Assembly (NCBI GenBank): GCA_944368875.1
Contig: CALVXF010000042.1
Location: 1-39,303 of the forward strand
From: an uncultured Bacilli bacterium
GTDB lineage: Bacteria > Bacillota_I > Bacilli_A > RF39 > UBA660
Reading direction: 5' to 3'
DNA length: 39,303 bases
Below, piece by piece: positions 33,255 through 39,303 of this stretch. How positions within the stretch are numbered: position 1 is the first letter of the stretch; every line of letters begins with the position of its first letter. Position numbers and translations under genes: made by a program. Below the pieces are notes generated by a model that saw only the letters and a program-made list of their open reading frames with translations, ran no database searches and was not told where the DNA came from.

Positions 33255-35039
33255 ATGGAAGTAAAAGAACATATAAAGAAAAAACTTAGTTTAGTTCCTA
33301 ATTTACCAGGATGTTATTTAATGAAAAACATAGATGGTGTGATTATATATGTTGGGAAAGCGAAAAAATTAAAAAATCGCTTAAGTTCTTATTTTCGTGG
33401 CACCCATTTTGGTAAAACAGCTAAATTAGTTAGTGAAATAGTTGATTTTGATTATGTCGTTGTGACAAGTGAAACAGAGAGTTTTATTTTAGAACTCAAT
33501 TTAATTAAAAAACACGATCCCAAATATAATATTTTATTGCGTGATGATAAGAGTTATCCTTATATTGAACTGACTAACGAAAAAGTGCCACGTCTTTTGG
33601 TTGTTCGCAATATCAATCGTAAAAGAAAAAATGCAAGTCGTCTATATGGACCATATCCTAATGTCAGTGCCGCTCGGGAAACTGTTAATTTATTAAATAG
33701 AATGTATCCTTTACGTAAATGTAAAACTTATAATAAAAAACCTTGTCTATATTATCACATAGGTCAATGCTTAGGATATTGTACTAATAAAGTAGATACG
33801 ACTTTAATTAAAGAAATGGAAGCTGAGATAATTGAATTTTTACGTGGTAATCATTCTTTGATAACAAAAAGAATTGAGATGGAAATGTATAAAGAAAGTG
33901 CTAAATTAAATTTCGAAAAAGCTAAAGAATTAAAATCTTTATTAGATTATATTAATATTACTTTAGTTCGCCAAGAAGTAGAAATAAGAGATAATGTTGA
34001 TCGCGATGTGTTTGGTTATGCGGTTATGAAAGGTTATCTTAGTATTGAATGCTTTTTTATTCGTGGCGGAAAGATTGTTGAAAAACACTCTAAAATAATT
34101 CCTATGATTGATGAAGTTGAAGAAGAATTAACGCGTTACATTGGTAAATTTTATGAAAAAGATGTTCTTCTTCCTAAAGAAATTTTAGTTCCTAATATTG
34201 TAGATACTAATTTATTGAGTTCTTTTTTGAATATAAAAGTAATCGCACCTCTAAAAGGAATTAAAAAAAATATTGTTGATATGGCCAACAATAATGCTTT
34301 AATTACTATTGAAAACGAATTTACGTTAATTACGCGTGATGAAGAGAAAACAGTTAAAGCTAATGAAGAATTAAAAGATATACTTAAGATGGAAAAATTA
34401 GATCGCATTGAAATATTTGATAATTCCAATCTTTTTGGTAATTTCAACGTTTCTGGGATGGTTGTTTTTATCGATGGAAAACCAAGTAAAAACGATTACC
34501 GAAAGTTTAAAATTACTTTTGATAAAAACGATGATTATAATACAATGAAAGAAGTAATCTATCGTCGTTATTTTCGCGTTTTAAGAGATAAACTAGTTCG
34601 TCCAGATTTAATTATTGTCGATGGTGGCCGAGGTCAAATGAAAGTCGCACGAGATGTTTTAGATAGTTTAGGTATGAATATTCCTGTCGTTGGTCTTAAA
34701 AAAGATAATAAGCATGCTACTAATGCTTTATTAACAGGAGAACCAATCGTTGAAATACCGATTGATAAACAAAGTAATTTATTTCATTATCTAGAACGTA
34801 TGCAAGATGAAGTTCACAATTTTACGATTAATTATCATAAACAAATTAGAAGTAAAGGAAGACTAGAAAGTGTTTTAGATAATGTATCTGGAATAGGTGA
34901 AGTAAGAAAAAAAGAATTATTAAAAAAATATCACACTATTAATAAAATTATTAGTGCTCCGGATAGTGAATTAAAAAAAATTATACCAGAAAGTGTTATT
35001 CCTAATTTAAAAGAATTTTTAATTAATTTTAAAAAGTAA
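33255..35039 (+). CDS. uvrC: Excinuclease ABC subunit C
   Basis: The GIY-YIG domain reads PGCYLMKN..GVIIYVGKAKKLKNRLSSYF. A UvrBC domain, an endonuclease V-like domain and a C-terminal (HhH)2 motif (GIGEVRKKELLKKY) are also present. Confidence 0.92.
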   Translation: MEVKEHIKKKLSLVPNLPGCYLMKNIDGVIIYVGKAKKLKNRLSSYFRGTHFGKTAKLVSEIVDFDYVVVTSETESFILELNLIKKHDPKYNILLRDDKSYPYIELTNEKVPRLLVVRNINRKRKNASRLYGPYPNVSAARETVNLLNRMYPLRKCKTYNKKPCLYYHIGQCLGYCTNKVDTTLIKEMEAEIIEFLRGNHSLITKRIEMEMYKESAKLNFEKAKELKSLLDYINITLVRQEVEIRDNVDRDVFGYAVMKGYLSIECFFIRGGKIVEKHSKIIPMIDEVEEELTRYIGKFYEKDVLLPKEILVPNIVDTNLLSSFLNIKVIAPLKGIKKNIVDMANNNALITIENEFTLITRDEEKTVKANEELKDILKMEKLDRIEIFDNSNLFGNFNVSGMVVFIDGKPSKNDYRKFKITFDKNDDYNTMKEVIYRRYFRVLRDKLVRPDLIIVDGGRGQMKVARDVLDSLGMNIPVVGLKKDNKHATNALLTGEPIVEIPIDKQSNLFHYLERMQDEVHNFTINYHKQIRSKGRLESVLDNVSGIGEVRKKELLKKYHTINKIISAPDSELKKIIPESVIPNLKEFLINFKK

Positions 35040-35090
35040 TATTTTTTAAATTCTTTAATATAATATAGTGTAGCAGGATTGCTACATGTG

Positions 35091-35113
35091 GGAACTATTT
35101 ATTAGTTCCTTTT
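35091..35113 (+). terminator. uvrC terminator (second of two hairpins)
   Basis: ggaacta-tttat-tagttcc stem followed by tttt. It is preceded by the gtagca-ggat-tgctac hairpin at 35070-35085. Confidence 0.6.
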
Positions 35114-35155
35114 GATTTGATAGATGAAATATTATCAGATGAGTAGGTGAAAAAT

Positions 35156-35326
35156 ATGCAAAAAAATGAATATCAAAAAACAAGTGATATAATTAAAAAA
35201 CTTGAATGTAGCAAAATAATACTTGTATCTAAAAATTTTAGTATTAGAGTATATGAGCCAAAACACGCCAAAAAGATAGATAATTGTGATACATTTAAAT
35301 TAAAAGTGAAGAAAATTAAATATTAA
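35156..35326 (+). CDS. Small hypothetical protein (56 aa, Lys-rich; not in the ORF track)
   Basis: RBS aggtga sits 6 nt before ATG 35156. The product is MQKNEYQKTSDIIKKLECSKIILVSKNFSIRVYEPKHAKKIDNCDTFKLKVKKIKY. Terminators lie on both sides of the gene. Confidence 0.3.
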   Translation: MQKNEYQKTSDIIKKLECSKIILVSKNFSIRVYEPKHAKKIDNCDTFKLKVKKIKY

Positions 35327-35334
35327 TATAAAAG

Positions 35335-35356
35335 GCAAGCCAAAACTTGCTTTTTT
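35335..35356 (+). terminator. Rho-independent terminator after the small ORF
   Basis: gcaag-ccaaaa-cttgc stem followed by tttttt. Confidence 0.55.
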
Positions 35357-35381
35357 ATGTTAAAATAATATTGGTGATGTT

Positions 35382-37148
35382 ATGGCAAAAATACATGTAA
35401 TGGATGAAATACTTGCGAATAAAATAGCAGCTGGAGAAGTAGTCGAAAAATGCGTCAATGTTGTCAAAGAACTAGTTGAAAATAGTATTGATGCTGATAG
35501 TACTGATATCAAAGTTGAATTACAAGAAGCGGGAACTAAATTTATAAAAGTTACAGATAATGGTAGTGGTATGGATTATGATGACGCTATTATGGCTTTT
35601 GCACGTCATGCGACTAGTAAAATTATCGATGAGAATGATTTGTTTAATATTAGAACTTTGGGGTTCCGTGGTGAGGCCCTAGCTTCTATTGCCTCTGTTT
35701 CAAAAGTAGTGATGTACACTGGTGATGGTGAAATTGGAACTAAAGTTGTTATAAATGGCGGTAAAATTGAAGAAAAGAAAAAATGTGAAGCTATTAAAGG
35801 AACAAGTATAACTGTCAGCGATTTATTTTATAATACACCAGCACGTTTAAAACACATGAAAAGTTTGTATACCGAACTAGCTCACATTACTGAATATATG
35901 AATAAAATTGCTCTTTCACATCCTGATATTCGTTTTACATTAATAAATAATGGCCGTGTTTTATTGAAAACTGATGGCAGTGGGAATATGTTAAAAGTAA
36001 TACACAGTATTTTTGGATATGATATAACTAAAAAGATGTTAAAAATAAGTGGTGAAAACTTAGAATATACTATATCAGGCTATACTTCACTACCAGAAGT
36101 ACATCGTTCTAGTAAAAATGGCATTATTATTCTTGTCAATGGTAGGGTTGTATATAATACACAATTAGTTAGAACAATTAACGATAGTTATCATTCATAT
36201 AAACCGGATAACTATTATCCAATTACGGTTTTAAATATTACTGTTGATCCACAATTGATCGATGTCAATATTCATCCAACTAAAATGGATATTAAATTTA
36301 GTAAAATGGAAGAATTATGTAAACTAATTAATGATACAATTAAAAGTGCCTTACAAATTGAAACTTTAATACCAGAAGTAGATGTTGTTCTAGATGAAAC
36401 TGTAAATTATGATATATCAAGTGATAGTCCTAAACAAGAAATCAGAAAAGAACATTATGAACAAGAAAAAATTGATTTATCTACGCAAGAAGTAGAAGAA
36501 GAAGTCACTGATTTATTTAAAGAAATAGAACAAAGACCTCAAAAAATTGAAATTCAACCACGCTTGCCACAACTATATGTTGTTGGCTTGGTACATGGAA
36601 CTTATATTGTTTGTGAAAATGAAGAAGGAATGTATTTAATTGATCAACATGCTGCTAATGAACGTATTAATTATGAAAAAATATTAAAAAAATTAGCTAA
36701 TCCTACTAAAGAAACTATCGCTCCTTTATATCCCATTACTTTAGAATTTAGTAATAATGATTATATTGTTTTAAAACATAATTTATATTTACTTACAGAT
36801 ATGGGTTTTAAAATCGAAGAATTTGGAGTTAATTCAATTATCATTAAAGAACATCCGACATGGCTTAATGACAATAATGCTTTAGAAAATATTAAAAGAT
36901 TAATTGAAATGGTTATTAATTTAGAAAGCAATTTTAAACTGGAACGTTTTCGCGATTCTCTAGCAGCTTTAATGGCTTGTAAACGAAGTATTAAAGCTAA
37001 TACATCTATATCAAAAGAAGAAATGGAAAGTTTAATTGCTAATTTACGTCTATGTGACAATCCATTTACTTGTCCACATGGGCGACCAACAATTATTAAA
37101 TACACTAATTATGATTTAGAGAAATTATTTAAACGTAGTGGTTTTTAA
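35382..37148 (+). CDS. mutL: DNA mismatch repair protein MutL (endonuclease type)
   Basis: The GHKL N-terminus reads IAAGEVVEKCVNVVKELVENSIDA and LGFRGEALASI. The C-terminal endonuclease motifs are DQHAANERINYE, ACKRSIKAN and CPHGRP. Confidence 0.92.
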   Translation: MAKIHVMDEILANKIAAGEVVEKCVNVVKELVENSIDADSTDIKVELQEAGTKFIKVTDNGSGMDYDDAIMAFARHATSKIIDENDLFNIRTLGFRGEALASIASVSKVVMYTGDGEIGTKVVINGGKIEEKKKCEAIKGTSITVSDLFYNTPARLKHMKSLYTELAHITEYMNKIALSHPDIRFTLINNGRVLLKTDGSGNMLKVIHSIFGYDITKKMLKISGENLEYTISGYTSLPEVHRSSKNGIIILVNGRVVYNTQLVRTINDSYHSYKPDNYYPITVLNITVDPQLIDVNIHPTKMDIKFSKMEELCKLINDTIKSALQIETLIPEVDVVLDETVNYDISSDSPKQEIRKEHYEQEKIDLSTQEVEEEVTDLFKEIEQRPQKIEIQPRLPQLYVVGLVHGTYIVCENEEGMYLIDQHAANERINYEKILKKLANPTKETIAPLYPITLEFSNNDYIVLKHNLYLLTDMGFKIEEFGVNSIIIKEHPTWLNDNNALENIKRLIEMVINLESNFKLERFRDSLAALMACKRSIKANTSISKEEMESLIANLRLCDNPFTCPHGRPTIIKYTNYDLEKLFKRSGF

Positions 37149-37217
37149 AAAATAAAATTTAAAAGATTAGTTAAAATATCTAATCTTTTGTGTTATAATT
37201 ACAAAGAGGTGTTGTGC

Positions 37218-38909
37218 ATGAAACTAAAAAATAGTTTTTTCTACACGTTAAGAGAAGAAGTTAAAGATGAAGAAAGCAAAAGTGGTAATTTATTAGTCCG
37301 TAGTGGGATGATAAAAAAAGTAAGTAATGGAATATATATGTATATGCCACTTGGTTTAAAAGTTGTTCGCAATATTGAAGCTGTCATCCGCGATGAGATG
37401 AATAAAGCAGGGGCATTAGAACTTTTAATGCCTTGTCTTATTCCAGAAGATATATATATTGCTAGTGGTCGTAGGGATAATTTTGGATCAAATATGTTTT
37501 CTTTAAAAGATCGTTATGATCGAGCTTATGTTTTAGGACCAACGCATGAAGAGTTGTTTGCTAAAGCTGCTTTTGAACATATTAAATCATATAAAGACAT
37601 GCCTTTTAATCTTTATCAAATTGGTACTAAATATCGTGATGAAACACGTCCTCGTTATGGCCTAATACGGGTTAGAGAATTTATTATGAAAGATGCATAT
37701 AGTTTTGATGTAGATGAAAAAGGATTAGATGTTTCATATCAAAAAATGTTTGATGCATATGTAAATATTTTTGATCGTCTTGGTTTATCATATAAAATAG
37801 TTAAAGCATCAACTGGTGCTATGGGTGGAAGTTTGAGTGAAGAGTTCCAAGCTGTAACTGACATTGGAGAAGACGTATTAGTTTTATGTGATAACTGTGA
37901 TTATGCGTCTAATTTAGAAGTCAGTGAATGTATTTCTAATAAAGTTGAATCTGAAGAATTACTTTTACCTAAAGAGTTAGTTTTTACACCCCATGCTAAA
38001 ACGATTAAAGAAATAAGCAGTTATCTTGGATTGAGTGAAGATAAGTTTGTTAAAACATTAATATATAAAATAGATGATAGTTTTTATGCAGTCATGGTTC
38101 CTGGAAATCGTGATGTAAATGAAACAAAATTATTGAAATTATTGAATGCTAATGAATGTACTTTAGCTACAGCTTTAGATGTTGAGGCTATTACGGGGGC
38201 TCAAGTTGGTTTTGCAGGACCAATTGATATTAATATTCCTATTGTTATGGATGAAAATATCAAATTAATGCATAATTTTATTGTTGGGGCTAATACAACT
38301 GATTATCATTTTAAAAATGTCAATTGTAATGACTTTGAAGTTACATATGTTGGCGATATTAAAAATGTCAAAGAAGGGGATTTATGTCCTAAGTGTGGCA
38401 AACCTCTAGTTTTTAAAAAAGGAATAGAAGTAGGAAATACATTTAAACTTGGAACTAAATATGCCAAAAGTTTAAATCTTCAATATTTGGATAAAAATAA
38501 TCAGTTACAATATGTAGTTATGGGATCATATGGTATTGGTATAGGTCGTATTATGGCAAGTGTTGCAGAACAATATGCTGATGACAATGGTATAGCATGG
38601 CCTAGTATTATTGCTCCTTTTAAAGTTGCTATTGTCGTAATCAATACCAAAGATATCGATCAAGTTAATTTTGCTAATCAACTATATAATGATTTGCGTG
38701 AATTGAATATCGATGTTGTTTTAGATGACCGTGATGAACGTCCTGGGGTTAAATTTAATGATATGGATTTAATAGGTGCTCCTATTAGAGTTACAGTTGG
38801 TAAAAAAGCAGTTGAAAACATAGCTGAATTCAAATTGCGAGGTACTAATGTTGTTAAAGAATATAACCGCATGGAAATTATTCAAAAGATTACCGAGTCT
38901 TTAATGTAA
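37218..38909 (+). CDS. proS: Proline--tRNA ligase (bacterial type with an editing insertion)
   Basis: RBS aagaggtg is followed by ATG 37218. MKLKNSFFYTLRE, class II motifs (YQIGTKYRDETRPRYGLIRVREFIMKDAYSF; GSYGIGIGR) and the C-terminal anticodon-binding domain are present. Confidence 0.92.
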   Translation: MKLKNSFFYTLREEVKDEESKSGNLLVRSGMIKKVSNGIYMYMPLGLKVVRNIEAVIRDEMNKAGALELLMPCLIPEDIYIASGRRDNFGSNMFSLKDRYDRAYVLGPTHEELFAKAAFEHIKSYKDMPFNLYQIGTKYRDETRPRYGLIRVREFIMKDAYSFDVDEKGLDVSYQKMFDAYVNIFDRLGLSYKIVKASTGAMGGSLSEEFQAVTDIGEDVLVLCDNCDYASNLEVSECISNKVESEELLLPKELVFTPHAKTIKEISSYLGLSEDKFVKTLIYKIDDSFYAVMVPGNRDVNETKLLKLLNANECTLATALDVEAITGAQVGFAGPIDINIPIVMDENIKLMHNFIVGANTTDYHFKNVNCNDFEVTYVGDIKNVKEGDLCPKCGKPLVFKKGIEVGNTFKLGTKYAKSLNLQYLDKNNQLQYVVMGSYGIGIGRIMASVAEQYADDNGIAWPSIIAPFKVAIVVINTKDIDQVNFANQLYNDLRELNIDVVLDDRDERPGVKFNDMDLIGAPIRVTVGKKAVENIAEFKLRGTNVVKEYNRMEIIQKITESLM

Positions 38910-38930
38910 AAGAGTTTCACACTCTTTTTT
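38909..38930 (+). terminator. proS terminator
   Basis: aaagagt-ttcac-actcttt stem followed by a T-run. Confidence 0.65.
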
Positions 38931-38943
38931 GTTTAATTATTGA

Positions 38944-38972
38944 TTGACTACAATAATCGAGTATTATATAAT
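38944..38972 (+). promoter_or_regulatory. Near-consensus sigma-A promoter (TTGACT-17 nt-TATAAT) upstream of the pilin-like gene
   Basis: ttgact is at 38944-38949, the spacer is 17 nt, and tataat is at 38967-38972. RBS aggag and GTG 38999 follow. Confidence 0.6.
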
Positions 38973-38998
38973 TATTATAGAGTAGGAGTCAGGTTGAT

Positions 38999-39303
38999 GT
39001 GAGAAAGGGATTTACATTAATAGAATTATTAGGACTATAATAGTAATTGGTATAATCGCTGTCATGGTAGTCCCAGTAATTAATATTTTAATTACTAATT
39101 ATCGTAATGGTGCTTATGAAAACAAATAACAATGCTAGAAGAAGAAGCTAATAAATGGTCAGTTAAAAATAGTGAATATTTACCTGAAAACGCAGATGAT
39201 ATAATTTTCGTTAATTTAGACATGTTATTAGAAGATGGCTTTATATCTAATAAAGATATTCTAGATCCTCGAAATGGAGAAGAATTAAATGGATGTATAA
39301 CAA
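38999..39303 (+). pseudogene. Type IV pilin / competence pseudopilin-like gene (prepilin N-terminal motif), disrupted by two frameshifts, 3' partial
   Basis: Frame 1 reads M-RKGFTLIELLGL and stops at 39038-39040. The -1 frame continues IIVIGIIAVMVVPVINILITNYRNGAYENK and stops at 39127-39129. The next -1 frame continues QITMLEEEANKWSVKNSEYLPENADDIIFVNLDMLLEDGFISNKDILDPRNGEELNGCIT to the window end. Concatenated, these give a canonical class III signal peptide, a hydrophobic helix and a pilin head. Confidence 0.6.

Noticed and set aside
37149-37217. The T-box leader expected upstream of proS.
   Set aside because: The spacer is only about 70 nt and holds a promoter-like tgttataat and the RBS. 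That is too short for a T-box riboswitch (about 200 nt or more), and I saw no specifier or T-box sequence.
1-39303. An alternative genetic code (Mollicutes-like TGA=Trp), rRNA or tRNA genes, CRISPR arrays, IS elements or integrases, and LexA (GAAC-N4-GTTC) boxes upstream of recX and uvrC.
   Set aside because: All long conserved CDSs are intact under code 11. I recognised no cloverleaf-like or rRNA-like GC-rich segments, no spaced repeats, no transposase or integrase ORFs, and no Cheo-box-like palindromes in the relevant spacers.

Overview
This is a visibly AT-rich chromosomal segment from an endospore-forming Firmicute. Gene order resembles Bacilli/Erysipelotrichia: spoIIGA-sigE...sigG-ylmC, ylbD-ylbE-rsmD, rpsU-yqeY and rpsB-tsf. 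Standard code 11 fits, because no in-frame TGA has to be read through. Most of the window is + strand housekeeping: sporulation sigma factors, pdp, rpoZ, recX, a cysteine desulfurase, ftsK/spoIIIE, parE-parC, a FemAB-family transferase, rsmD, S21, S2, EF-Ts, uvrC, mutL and proS. I recognised no rRNA, tRNA, CRISPR array, transposase or integrase.

Seven non-core elements stand out:
1. A DGR-like reverse transcriptase at the 5' edge, split by one extra T in a T7 run.
2. A membrane-protein plus MacB-like ABC transporter pair inserted between sigE and sigG. A T15 tract lies exactly where the Q-loop glutamine of the ATPase should be.
3. A tightly coupled pair encoding a membrane-anchored NERD protein and a large DUF2779-like protein. 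The large protein combines a Cas4-like PD-(D/E)XK/Fe-S module with a DEDDy-type exonuclease module. This is my best candidate for an uncharacterised nucleic-acid-targeting (defence?) system.
4. A compact double-glycine bacteriocin island between rsmD and rpsU. It holds a C39-ABC exporter, a very short accessory protein, two small leader-peptide genes absent from the ORF track, and a putative immunity peptide.
5. Ribosomal protein S2 with a long charged C-terminal extension ending in a Rho_N/HeH-like motif.
6. A 60-bp in-frame tandem repeat in a Pro-rich membrane protein.
7. A type IV pilin-like gene at the 3' edge, broken by two 1-nt frameshifts although it has a consensus promoter.

All functional calls rest on motif recognition by eye. 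No database search was run. The frameshifts could be sequencing errors.
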